Source: an uncultured bacterium (GTDB lineage Bacteria > RBG-13-61-14 > CAYWKU01). Taken from it: a stretch of DNA of 44,122 bases. The stretch covers positions 1 to 44,122 of the forward strand of contig CAZDAF010000001.1 of the NCBI GenBank assembly GCA_964503115.1. The letters are read 5' to 3'. The translations under genes and the position numbers were made by a program. Position 1 is the first letter of the stretch. Each line of letters begins with the position of its first letter. Positions 16,503 to 25,367 of this stretch are shown in pieces. The notes under the pieces were generated by a model, which worked only from the letters and a program-made list of their open reading frames with translations, was not told where the DNA came from and searched no databases.

Positions 16503-19024
16503 AGTGGCGTCACCTCGATTTCCACTTCGATTTTCTCGCCGCCTGCCTCGCTGAACCAGACTATTTTTCGGTCCAACATATCCACAATGATTTTATACTT
16601 GCCGGGAACGGTGGGAGCGCGCGCCTTCAGGCTGACTTTCGCAGTCTCTCCGGGGGGAACGGACCTTTGCAGAAACCCGTAATTCAAGAGAGGCGCTTTG
16701 TCGGGATCGAGCTTATTGCCGGCTTCGTCAAACCAGTCATAAATGGAAAAAGTTATAACTCCTCGAAAATCGCCATTGGTGTCGAACCGACGCGCGCGCC
16801 ACAGGGTGTTACCTACGTTTTTAACGACCGCCTTGACTTCAAATTCCTCCCCGGCTTTTAGCCGTTGTGGAACTTCGAGCGTAATAAACTCCGCTTTGAG
16901 CAGGTCGGGAACGGTGCTGTCCGGGTAGTCTCCGATTTCCTGCCTAAATTTGATCTCTCGATGAAATTCGTCCGATCCCCGGATGGAAAAATTCACTATC
17001 CATTCATAATCCCCCTCGGATTCCGGCGCTGTGAAATTGAACGCCACCCATTGCTTTTCGCCGGGATCGAGCATGATTAAACCACGCAGGCGCTTGGATT
17101 GCTTTGATTTGTCGTGCGCGCCGCTTACCTTTGCAGTCGCCCCGAAATCGGCAAGCTCGAAGAAATAAACCGGCATATCACCCACGACGGAAAGACATAT
17201 CTCGACGTGGAATTGCGCTCCGGGCCTGACTCCGACAGGCACAAAGACTTCCTTAATTTCAAGACCTTCCCACTTGAGACGTCGCTCTTTATCGACCGGG
17301 TCGGGTACCTCGTACACGATGTCCGGACCTAACCGCTCGACCTCCGGGAGAAAAGTTCCCACCCGGCGGGCAAACCCGGCCGTATCGAAATTGTCATCCC
17401 ACTCGTATGAACCCGTATGTAACACAACGTATTTGACGCCAAGATACCTGAGTATGTTCACCGTCGCGCTCGAAGGGAATGCCGCCAGCGATTTGATCAC
17501 GTGCCTGCTGGTGTGAGGCAAAAATCCGGATCTGCCGTTGATGATATTTTTCCAGTGGTACGTCGAGTAATACATGTACTTGAAACCGAGAGGATCGCCG
17601 TCGCCCCATTTTTCTCTCGGCAATACGATTAAACTTGGCAGTTGGGGAATTTCGGCAATGGCGAAATCGTCGGGCTGCTTCGCCAGCCACCTGTAAACCC
17701 GGGGGACGGTATCTCCGCTTTTCACCTCATGATACGGAATCGGCGAGGAGTAAAATTCGGCGATAACCAACGCCGGAACGGCGAAAACCCATATCACCTT
17801 ACGGGAGCGACTCCTGATACGTTCCGACACGCGCATCATGCCGTATGCCGCCAGTATCGCCATTCCCATTTCGACCACGTATGCGAACCGCGATGGCACC
17901 CGCAGCGCTCCGAAACCGGGCAGGTAATATGCCGCCATGTACGGCAGCGGCACCGGCAGGCGATGCCAGCAGATATGCAACCACGGCCCCAGTGAAAAAA
18001 CGAACGCTACCGCCGCTACCCACAGGTAGGTTTTCTGCTCGCGCTCGAGTCGGCGCTTTGAGCGTGAGAACAGCCCCAAACCGGCCAATATAAGCACGCT
18101 TATACCCAGAAACAGGCGGTTTTCGTTCGGGTATGGGCTGTATCGATTCTCCAATTGGTACGTGATCCCTCCCCACAAGCGGTTCCAGGGCGGCGCCCGG
18201 AAATAATCCAGCGGATCCGCCGACATGCTTTCCGCTTCCGCGATGGTTCTCACCAACCCTTGCGATCTTGCTACCCGGTAATAAGGCGGCATCGTCGGCG
18301 CAATCATCAGAGCCACAAGCAGGCCCGCGCCTGTCAATCGAACCCAAAGCGCTTTGTCGAGCCTGCCACGGGCACGCACAAGTTCCACCATAAACACCAT
18401 TCCCACCGCCAGGCCGCCCGTGGCGGCAAGGTAGAAGCTGGACAAAGCATGAAGCCCGAAAAAAAGCCCGAAAAAAAGCGCATCGCTCCAGCGCCGCTCG
18501 TCCATCGTTCGGTGGAAAAACAATAACGCAAAGGGCAACCATTGAGAAGTCAGAAGCTGCGATTCGTGGCCCAGTTGACTGAACCTCCACGGGCAGTAAG
18601 CGTAAATGATTCCCGCGACCAGCGCTGCGGTGAAATTGCCGGTAAGACGGCGCGCCAGAAGAAACATACCCAGTCCGCCAAGCGCAAAACTGACGTAAGT
18701 TACTGCGTTGTGCGCGAAAATCGGGTTCGACGTAATCAGTAAAAACGGAGCGGCCAATATCGACGACGCAAGCAGGTGATCCGAGTACGCCAATGCGTTA
18801 TGATTGGGCCAGAAAATATTCGCGTCCCACAAACCGCCGAGCCCGGTGGTCAGTTTGTGAACGTCCCAGGCAAGTATCCATGTGTGGAGGAGGCCGTCCC
18901 AGCGGTCGTGCATTATGTTTCCCATGTTATAAGATATGGGCGCATACATAATAAAAGTCAGAAGCGCGAAAAAAATCGCCGCCACAACGGCTTCCAGCCA
19001 CACTCTCGAACGGTTCGCCGACAT
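16499..19024 (-). CDS. Large polytopic membrane protein, GT-C-fold (ArnT/PMT/YfhO-like) candidate glycosyltransferase with a C-terminal Ig-like/CARDB-like extracytoplasmic region
   Basis: The first 430 aa or so are multi-TM, with an early acidic/aromatic loop (HDRWDGLLHTWILAWDVHKL...WDANIFWP...YSDH) typical of GT-C-like proteins. The C-terminal 400 aa or so contain beta-rich repeats such as GEEFEVKAVVKNVGNTLW and PGETAKVSLKARAPTVPGKYKIIVDM. The exact family is not resolved by eye. Confidence 0.65.
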   Translation of the reverse strand: MSANRSRVWLEAVVAAIFFALLTFIMYAPISYNMGNIMHDRWDGLLHTWILAWDVHKLTTGLGGLWDANIFWPNHNALAYSDHLLASSILAAPFLLITSNPIFAHNAVTYVSFALGGLGMFLLARRLTGNFTAALVAGIIYAYCPWRFSQLGHESQLLTSQWLPFALLFFHRTMDERRWSDALFFGLFFGLHALSSFYLAATGGLAVGMVFMVELVRARGRLDKALWVRLTGAGLLVALMIAPTMPPYYRVARSQGLVRTIAEAESMSADPLDYFRAPPWNRLWGGITYQLENRYSPYPNENRLFLGISVLILAGLGLFSRSKRRLEREQKTYLWVAAVAFVFSLGPWLHICWHRLPVPLPYMAAYYLPGFGALRVPSRFAYVVEMGMAILAAYGMMRVSERIRSRSRKVIWVFAVPALVIAEFYSSPIPYHEVKSGDTVPRVYRWLAKQPDDFAIAEIPQLPSLIVLPREKWGDGDPLGFKYMYYSTYHWKNIINGRSGFLPHTSRHVIKSLAAFPSSATVNILRYLGVKYVVLHTGSYEWDDNFDTAGFARRVGTFLPEVERLGPDIVYEVPDPVDKERRLKWEGLEIKEVFVPVGVRPGAQFHVEICLSVVGDMPVYFFELADFGATAKVSGAHDKSKQSKRLRGLIMLDPGEKQWVAFNFTAPESEGDYEWIVNFSIRGSDEFHREIKFRQEIGDYPDSTVPDLLKAEFITLEVPQRLKAGEEFEVKAVVKNVGNTLWRARRFDTNGDFRGVITFSIYDWFDEAGNKLDPDKAPLLNYGFLQRSVPPGETAKVSLKARAPTVPGKYKIIVDMLDRKIVWFSEAGGEKIEVEIEVTPL

Positions 19025-19190
19025 GAACTTAAATTACCACAAACCGCCGCTGCCCAAAAGCGGCGTATAACCGGAAGACCTTCCGGGCAGGTCATAGGGA
19101 CATAACCCCGCCCTTGTAAAGTACGCATTCTCTGACTATGCTGAAAATTAGAGCTTTGTTTAAGTACCCTCGAAAAAGGAGGTCAATGCT

Positions 19191-19556
19191 ATGGAACTGG
19201 ACGTTTTTTCTTTTGTAAAGACGGTCACCAGGTACGGCTATGCGTTCGAGATGACTTTTAAGTTCAGGGGAGAGGTTGCTCCTTACGAGATTGAGTTCTT
19301 CGCCGGAGAACTGGACGCCGCCCTGAAAAGCAAGAAATGGCCCATCGCGCAGGTTTATAACTGGGATCTTGCGCGGGGTTTTCTCGTGCTGCCGATAGTC
19401 GACGTTAATGACGAAGGGATCAAAAAGCGCGCTACGGCGATGAAAGAACTAATAGACACGGCGCTGGCGAGAGCTAACGAGCGGATAGAAAAATTTGACA
19501 CGGAACTCAACCCCGTCATCGATGCATACAAGGAAATCTTTTCCGCACAGAGCTAA
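19191..19556 (+). CDS. Hypothetical 121-aa protein, no recognisable family
   Basis: A strong AAGGAGG lies 8 nt before the ATG. The composition looks like real coding sequence, with a predicted helical C-terminus. It sits directly upstream of paaK on the same strand. Confidence 0.55.
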   Translation: MELDVFSFVKTVTRYGYAFEMTFKFRGEVAPYEIEFFAGELDAALKSKKWPIAQVYNWDLARGFLVLPIVDVNDEGIKKRATAMKELIDTALARANERIEKFDTELNPVIDAYKEIFSAQS

Positions 19557-19643
19557 TCTTCATACACCGCAAGCCACGTTACGCCGGGGTAAAACGCCGC
19601 CTACCTTTTCAAAAGAGAGCTTTGATATTATTATTTAAGCGTC

Positions 19644-20927
19644 TTGATATGGAATAAAAAATACGAATGCATGTCGCGGGACGAGCTTGCGCAGTTGCAG
19701 CTTGAAAGGTTGCAGTCAACGCTCAGCCGGGTGTCGAAAAGCGTTGGATTCTACCGGAAAAAGTTTGCGGAAATGGAGGCGAACCCACAAGCGGTCACCT
19801 CGCTCGAAGACATCCGGTATTTTCCCTTCACGATAAAGGCCGACCTTCGAGACAATTACCCTTACGGCATGTTTGCCGTGCCGCTTCGGGACGTTGTGCG
19901 GATTCACTCGTCCAGCGGCACTACCGGCAAGCCCACTGTGGTGGGGTATACGCGGAACGATCTGGAGAACTGGTCGGACCTTTGCGCTAGATTTATCACC
20001 GCCGCCGGCGTCACCTCGGACGACATTGTGCAGGTAAGCTTCGGATACGGCTTGTTTACCGGCGGATTCGGACTGCATTACGGCGCGGAATTGACCGGAG
20101 CGAGCGTCATACCCGCCTCGAGCGGCAACAGCCGCCGCCAGACACTTATCATGCAGGATTACAAGACCACCGCGCTGGTTTGCACACCTTCTTATGCTTT
20201 GCACCTCGCGGACGTCATGGAAGATATGGGAATCAATCCCCAGTCGCTATCGCTCAGGTGGGGGCTGTTCGGCGCCGAGCCGTGGAGCGAGAAGATGAGA
20301 GCCCGCATACAGGAAAAACTGCCCATTACCGCTACTGACAATTACGGTCTGAGCGAGGTGATGGGCCCCGGCGTGGCAGGCGAATGCCTCGAGCAGAACG
20401 GCATGCATGTGCATGAGGACAACTTCCTCATCGAGATAGTCGATCCGGAAACGCTCGAACCGCTCCCGGAGGGCGAAACCGGGGAATTGGTTATCACCAC
20501 CCTGCATAAGGAAGCGCTCCCGCTCATAAGATACCGCACGCGCGACATCACCAGTATCGTTCCGGGCGAGTGCGCTTGCGAGCGAACGGGAAGACGGATA
20601 CGGAAAATTCAAGGCCGGTCGGACGATATGCTTATCATCCGCGGCGTGAACGTTTTCCCCAGTCAGATCGAGGAAGTGCTCTTCGAAATCGAGGGCACCG
20701 AGCCTCACTATATGCTTATTATCGACCGGAAAGACAACCTCGATTATCTCGAAGTGCACGTTGAGGTCGGCGATATGATTCCGCAGCAATCGAATATCGT
20801 CGCCCGGATTCGCAGCCGAATACAAAGCGTTTTGGGCATCGGTGTCGAGGTTAGACTGGTAGAACCGAAATCACTGGAGCGCTTCGATGACAAGGCCAAA
20901 AGGGTCATTGATAAAAGGGAATTTTAA
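19644..20927 (+). CDS. paaK: Phenylacetate-CoA ligase family (PaaK-type aryl/acyl-CoA ligase)
   Basis: The N-terminus [24 protein letters not shown], the AMP-binding motif SSGTTGKPT, then YGLSE, and a C-terminal [19 protein letters not shown] start at 19644. Confidence 0.9.
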   Translation: MIWNKKYECMSRDELAQLQLERLQSTLSRVSKSVGFYRKKFAEMEANPQAVTSLEDIRYFPFTIKADLRDNYPYGMFAVPLRDVVRIHSSSGTTGKPTVVGYTRNDLENWSDLCARFITAAGVTSDDIVQVSFGYGLFTGGFGLHYGAELTGASVIPASSGNSRRQTLIMQDYKTTALVCTPSYALHLADVMEDMGINPQSLSLRWGLFGAEPWSEKMRARIQEKLPITATDNYGLSEVMGPGVAGECLEQNGMHVHEDNFLIEIVDPETLEPLPEGETGELVITTLHKEALPLIRYRTRDITSIVPGECACERTGRRIRKIQGRSDDMLIIRGVNVFPSQIEEVLFEIEGTEPHYMLIIDRKDNLDYLEVHVEVGDMIPQQSNIVARIRSRIQSVLGIGVEVRLVEPKSLERFDDKAKRVIDKREF

Positions 20928-20965
20928 ACTCGATACGAAAAAATTTTTTGAAAAGAGGTGTGTTC

Positions 20966-22093
20966 ATGGCGTCCGTAACGGTTGAAGAGGTCGGCGGCGG
21001 AAAAGATCGAAAGGATTTCTTGAATCTGCCCTGGAAGTTGTTTCACTATCGGAACGACATTAACTGGGTTTCGCCTCTCAAACTCGAAAATATGTACAGG
21101 ATGAGCAAGCGGTTCAACCCTTTTTTCAAAAACGCTCGGGTTAAATATTTCCTTGCTCGGCGCGACGGCCGGGTTGTGGGGCGCATCAGCGCGCACGAAA
21201 GCTACCGGTTTAACGAATTCCAGAAAACCAAGTGGGGCTTTTTCGGCTGGTTCGAAAGCGATGACGACCCGGAAGTGGCCGCAGCGCTGTTTGATAGCGC
21301 TGAGAAGCAGTTGAGAGAATGGGACATGGAAGCTTGCCTCGGGCCGTTCAATTTTACTACAAACGACGAATGCGGGCTGCTCATCGACGGATTCGACACC
21401 CCGCCCATGATAATGATGACGCACAATCCGCCCTATTATCAAAAACTCGTCGAAAATCTCGGCTACGAAAAGGCGCAAGACCTTTTCGCTTACCGGCTGG
21501 ACGCCACTCAACCCGTCCCCGAAGGAGTGGCCAAGATCGCCGATCGAGTACGTTCGAGGCCGGACGTTACTTTCCGCAGTTGGGACCTCAAGCGCAACCT
21601 GCGCCGCGAGATGGAATATTTCCTCGAAATATACAACGCTGCATGGAACCGCAACTGGGGTTTCGTGCCGCTCGATCGGGAGGAATTTTTCAGCCACGAG
21701 CTCGAATTCCGCTACCTGCTCGACGAAGAAGTGGCTTTCATGGCCGAAGTCGAGGGGAAACCCGCCGGATTCGCGCTATCGTTACCCAACCTCAACGAGC
21801 CTATCGCGCACATGAATGGCAGGGTTACGCCGTGGAGCATTATGCGCTTCATTAGGGAAAAAAAGAACATCCAGGGCCTTCGCGTTTTCGCCTTGGGGGT
21901 GAAGCCCGAATACCGCCGCGTCGGCATCGGGGCGGTTTTCTATGTCGATACCCTTGTTATAGCCAGGCGGCGTGGGTATAAATGGGGAGAAATGAGCTGG
22001 ATACTCGAAAGCAACGACGCAATGAATCGAGCCATCCGCACTATGGGCGGAAAAGTCTACAAAACGTACAGAATCTACAAGAAAGACTTATGA
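20966..22093 (+). CDS. Uncharacterised GNAT-fold N-acyltransferase-like protein (about 375 aa)
   Basis: The pattern DRKDFLNLPWKLF..D.NWVSPL...FNPFFK.A....FLARRDGRVVGRISA...FGWFES.DD and a C-terminal YRRVGIGAVFY (acyl-CoA binding-like) match a widespread, unstudied GNAT-annotated family as I recall it. AGAGG lies 6 nt before the ATG at 20966. Confidence 0.6.
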   Translation: MASVTVEEVGGGKDRKDFLNLPWKLFHYRNDINWVSPLKLENMYRMSKRFNPFFKNARVKYFLARRDGRVVGRISAHESYRFNEFQKTKWGFFGWFESDDDPEVAAALFDSAEKQLREWDMEACLGPFNFTTNDECGLLIDGFDTPPMIMMTHNPPYYQKLVENLGYEKAQDLFAYRLDATQPVPEGVAKIADRVRSRPDVTFRSWDLKRNLRREMEYFLEIYNAAWNRNWGFVPLDREEFFSHELEFRYLLDEEVAFMAEVEGKPAGFALSLPNLNEPIAHMNGRVTPWSIMRFIREKKNIQGLRVFALGVKPEYRRVGIGAVFYVDTLVIARRRGYKWGEMSWILESNDAMNRAIRTMGGKVYKTYRIYKKDL

Positions 22094-22304
22094 AGAAATA
22101 TTTAACACCACGGTTCTCGACGACAAATGAAGTCGGCGAAGCCGTGGATATTTAAGAAACGGTGCCGCTACGCGTTTGCAAATTTCTTCATTTCATGTTA
22201 GTTATAAGGCGTTTATTGTTTTTTTAAATTTTCGGCAAGTATTTTTTTTGAGTCTCAAGCTGTGCAAGTCACGATAATTTAGTGTGGCAATAAAGGGAAA
22301 TGGC

Positions 22305-22571
22305 ATGAAATATTGGAGGGCTCCTCTTGACTTGGGTACCATCCAGGCAACTAAGGGCAAGATAGTCATAGTCGAAGAGCGCTGCAAGGGGTGCGGATTT
22401 TGCGTCGAATATTGCCCGCGCGGCGTGTTGCGTATGTCCTCGTCTTTTAACGTAAAAGGGTACCATCCTCCCGAAGTGGTAGATGAGTCTCTTTGTGTGA
22501 ATTGTCATTTTTGTGAAGTTATCTGTCCGGAATTCGCAATTTTCTCGGTAGAGGCCACCGAGGCGGCTTAG
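22305..22571 (+). CDS. korD: 2-oxoacid:ferredoxin oxidoreductase delta subunit (2x[4Fe-4S] ferredoxin)
   Basis: Contains CKGCGFCVEYCP and CVNCHFCEVICP. AAGGGA lies 6 nt before the ATG at 22305. Substrate specificity (Kor, Vor, Por or Ior-like) cannot be read from the sequence. Confidence 0.8.
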   Translation: MKYWRAPLDLGTIQATKGKIVIVEERCKGCGFCVEYCPRGVLRMSSSFNVKGYHPPEVVDESLCVNCHFCEVICPEFAIFSVEATEAA

Positions 22572-22715
22572 ACGCCAAATTAAGATAACAATCTTTTCAT
22601 TACGGCCTTTCGCGAGGTTGCGGTTTAGTATAAAACTGCCGGGATCAAAGCATGATTCATCATTATTTGGCCCGGGAAACGAGACGATGAAACGACTGGA
22701 AACCGACTGAGGTAT

Positions 22716-23879
22716 ATGAAAGTGGCCGGTAAGACGGTATTGACGGGAACTCATTTCATGCACGGCGATCACGCATGTTGCGAGGGCGCCCTTGCGGCGG
22801 GATGCCTTTTCTTCGGCGGCTATCCTATAACGCCTGCGACCGAGGTTGCCGAGCGTATGTCGCGGCGACTGCCGGAAATAGGGGGCATTTACATCCAGAT
22901 GGAGGACGAGTTGGGCTCGATCGCCGCAGTGCTAGGCGCCAGTTGGGGCGGTACGAAGGCTATGACCAGCACTTCGGGGCCGGGATTTTCGCTCATGATG
23001 GAAAACATCGGCCTTGGCGTTTGCACCGAGACCCCGTGCGTTGTCTGCAACGTGCAACGAGCCGGGCCCAGTACGGGCCTGCCCACTCTGGCCGGCCAAG
23101 GGGATATGATGCAGGCTCGATGGGGGTCTCACGGACATTACGAGATAATCGCCCTTTCGCCATCAAGCCCGCAGGAGATGTTCGATTTCACCATCAGGGC
23201 TTTTAACTTAAGCGAGCAATTTCGTATTCCGGTCTTGATCATGTCCGACGAAGTGGTCGGTCACATGCTCGAACGCGTAGTGATCCCTCCCGAGAATGAG
23301 ATCGAACTCATCAAGCGCCGAAAACCGAAAGTATCTCCCGATCAGTACCTGCCATATAAGGCGGATCCCGACTGGATAGCGCCAATGGCCGACTTCGGAG
23401 ACGGGTATCGTATGCACATAACCGGCTTGACTCACGACGAAAGAGGCTACCCGGTCATGGACGCCACTACGCAGGAGAATATGATAACCAGACTGGTACG
23501 AAAAATTCGGGATAATACGGATAAAATAATCGATTACGACACTTTCGAACTCGACGACGCCGAAGTGGTCGTGGTAGCGTACGGCATCAGCGCGAGGTCT
23601 GCGAAGCGTGCGGTTCGCGATGCTCGACAAAAGGGTCTTCGTGCCGGCTTTATCAAGCTGAACACCGTCTGGCCTTTCCCTGAAGAGTTTATCCGCGACG
23701 TGGCCGGTAATGTACGGGCCATGCTCATGCCGGAGATCAATTACGGCCAGATGGTTCTCGAGCTCGAGCGTTGCGCTCAAGGCCGCTGCATGGTGCGGCT
23801 GGTGCAACATGCCGGTGGGGGCATCATCCCTCCCGGCTCCATCGTCGACGCCGTCGAGACCGCGCTAAAGGAGTCATAA
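22716..23879 (+). CDS. korA: 2-oxoacid:ferredoxin oxidoreductase alpha subunit
   Basis: Contains GYPITPATEV, TSGPGFSLM and the QRAGPSTGLPT motif typical of OFOR alpha subunits. About 387 aa. Confidence 0.9.
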   Translation: MKVAGKTVLTGTHFMHGDHACCEGALAAGCLFFGGYPITPATEVAERMSRRLPEIGGIYIQMEDELGSIAAVLGASWGGTKAMTSTSGPGFSLMMENIGLGVCTETPCVVCNVQRAGPSTGLPTLAGQGDMMQARWGSHGHYEIIALSPSSPQEMFDFTIRAFNLSEQFRIPVLIMSDEVVGHMLERVVIPPENEIELIKRRKPKVSPDQYLPYKADPDWIAPMADFGDGYRMHITGLTHDERGYPVMDATTQENMITRLVRKIRDNTDKIIDYDTFELDDAEVVVVAYGISARSAKRAVRDARQKGLRAGFIKLNTVWPFPEEFIRDVAGNVRAMLMPEINYGQMVLELERCAQGRCMVRLVQHAGGGIIPPGSIVDAVETALKES

Positions 23880-24772
23880 TGAGCGCCAGAAAAAGCAAAG
23901 CTATCACGCATCCTCAGGACGAACTGCTTCGTACCGACCGCATTCCGCACATATGGTGCTCCGGCTGCGGTATCGGGACGGTTTTCAGTTGCGTAATAGC
24001 GGCGATACAGAAATCCGGGTATCCGCTGGACGATGTGTCGATGATTTCCGGCATCGGCTGCACCGGGCGAATGGCGGGCTACATTAAGCTCGATTCGTTC
24101 CATACCACCCACGGCCGCGCTATTCCCTTTGCCACCGGGCTGAAGCTGGCTCGACCCGAAAGTCGCGTCTTGGTCGCATCGGGAGACGGCGACCTGTTGG
24201 CCATCGGCGGCAACCATCTTATACATGCCGCGCGGCGCAATATAGACATCACCGTCATCTGCGTCAATAACCTTAACTATGGCATGACCGGCGGACAGGT
24301 TGCCCCAAGCACGCCGTTCGGAGCGAAAACCGCCACCACACCTATCGGTTCACCTGAAGAACCTTTTAATTTTTGCGCGCTTGCCGCCGCTTGTGGAGCG
24401 GTATACGTTGCGCGCTGGACATCGTTGCATATTCGCAGGCTCACGGATTCGATTTCCGAGGCGATGCAAAAACGCGGATTCAGCTTCGTCGAAATACTTA
24501 CCCCCTGTCCCACATCGTTTGGCAGGCGCAACAAAATGCGAAATGCGCTCGACATCGTTAAATTTTACCACGAGCATTCGGTCATACGAAACGATATCGA
24601 CCCTAAAGAGGCAACTCTTGATTTCAGCAGAAACCTGGTAATGGGTAAGTTCGTGGATATTGAGCGGCCCACATTCCTGGATAATTACAGCCTGATAAAC
24701 AGGCGGGAACTTGGAGACTGGCCCAATCTGGAAGAAAAAGTCGCCGTGACCGGGAAAAGGATATCAAAGTAG
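23879..24772 (+). CDS. korB: 2-oxoacid:ferredoxin oxidoreductase beta subunit (TPP-binding)
   Basis: Contains WCSGCGIG, the GIGC cluster/TPP region, GDGD, and NNLNYGMTGGQ. The ATG overlaps the korA stop (TAATG). The track ORF starts earlier, at 23771, inside korA. Confidence 0.9.
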   Translation: MSARKSKAITHPQDELLRTDRIPHIWCSGCGIGTVFSCVIAAIQKSGYPLDDVSMISGIGCTGRMAGYIKLDSFHTTHGRAIPFATGLKLARPESRVLVASGDGDLLAIGGNHLIHAARRNIDITVICVNNLNYGMTGGQVAPSTPFGAKTATTPIGSPEEPFNFCALAAACGAVYVARWTSLHIRRLTDSISEAMQKRGFSFVEILTPCPTSFGRRNKMRNALDIVKFYHEHSVIRNDIDPKEATLDFSRNLVMGKFVDIERPTFLDNYSLINRRELGDWPNLEEKVAVTGKRISK

Positions 24773-24776
24773 AGCC

Positions 24777-25367
24777 ATGACGGATAAAACCGAAAAGGAA
24801 ATACTTATTACCGGCTTTGGCGGCCAGGGTATTATCCTCGCGGGGAATATCATGGGCAAAGCTGCGGCGCTATACGACAATAAACACGCCACCATGACCC
24901 AAGCCTATGGTCCCGAGGCTCGCGGGGGAGCTTGTTCGTCACAGGTTATGATAAGCGACGAGCAAATACTATATCCATACGTCGAGCGGCCACGGGTGCT
25001 GATCTGTATGAGCCAGGAAGGATATTCCAAAAATGTATCTTCACTGGATTCCGGCGGACTTCTAATTTGGGATACCGACCTCGTTCAAACCGATGATCCC
25101 GACCCGAGTTGGATTACCTGCCATATCCCGGCTACTCGTTTCGCAGAGGAGTTGGGCAACAAAATGATGGCCAACATTGTGATGCTGGGTTTTGTGTCTG
25201 CTGTGAGTGATCTGGTGAGTGTCGAGTCTTTTCGTAAAGCTGTCTTGGATTCCGTGCCACCTCACACAAAGGACAAAAACGTTGCGGCATTCGACCGGGG
25301 TCGCGAGTACGGTGAGGCTATCCTTAAAAGCCGGGCCAAGCAGGACGAAAACCGGCAGGAAGGATGA
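24777..25367 (+). CDS. korC: 2-oxoacid:ferredoxin oxidoreductase gamma subunit
   Basis: ILITGFGGQGIILAG and YGPEARGG are typical gamma-subunit motifs. Confidence 0.9.
   Translation: MTDKTEKEILITGFGGQGIILAGNIMGKAAALYDNKHATMTQAYGPEARGGACSSQVMISDEQILYPYVERPRVLICMSQEGYSKNVSSLDSGGLLIWDTDLVQTDDPDPSWITCHIPATRFAEELGNKMMANIVMLGFVSAVSDLVSVESFRKAVLDSVPPHTKDKNVAAFDRGREYGEAILKSRAKQDENRQEG

Noticed and set aside
18454-18477. A perfect tandem duplication of a 12-nt unit (GCCCGAAAAAAA x2), with two A7 runs, inside the GT-C-like gene. I considered it as a possible phase-variation tract.
   Set aside because: It is in frame and encodes FFGLFFGL within a transmembrane segment. There are only two copies, and homopolymers of 7 nt are short for contingency loci. 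It is most likely a neutral in-frame duplication.
19071-19086. The 16-nt palindrome CCGGAAGACCTTCCGG, in the divergent promoter region between the GT-C gene and ORF 19191.
   Set aside because: It is short and GC-rich, and such palindromes are common by chance. It has no T-tract and no second copy in the window.
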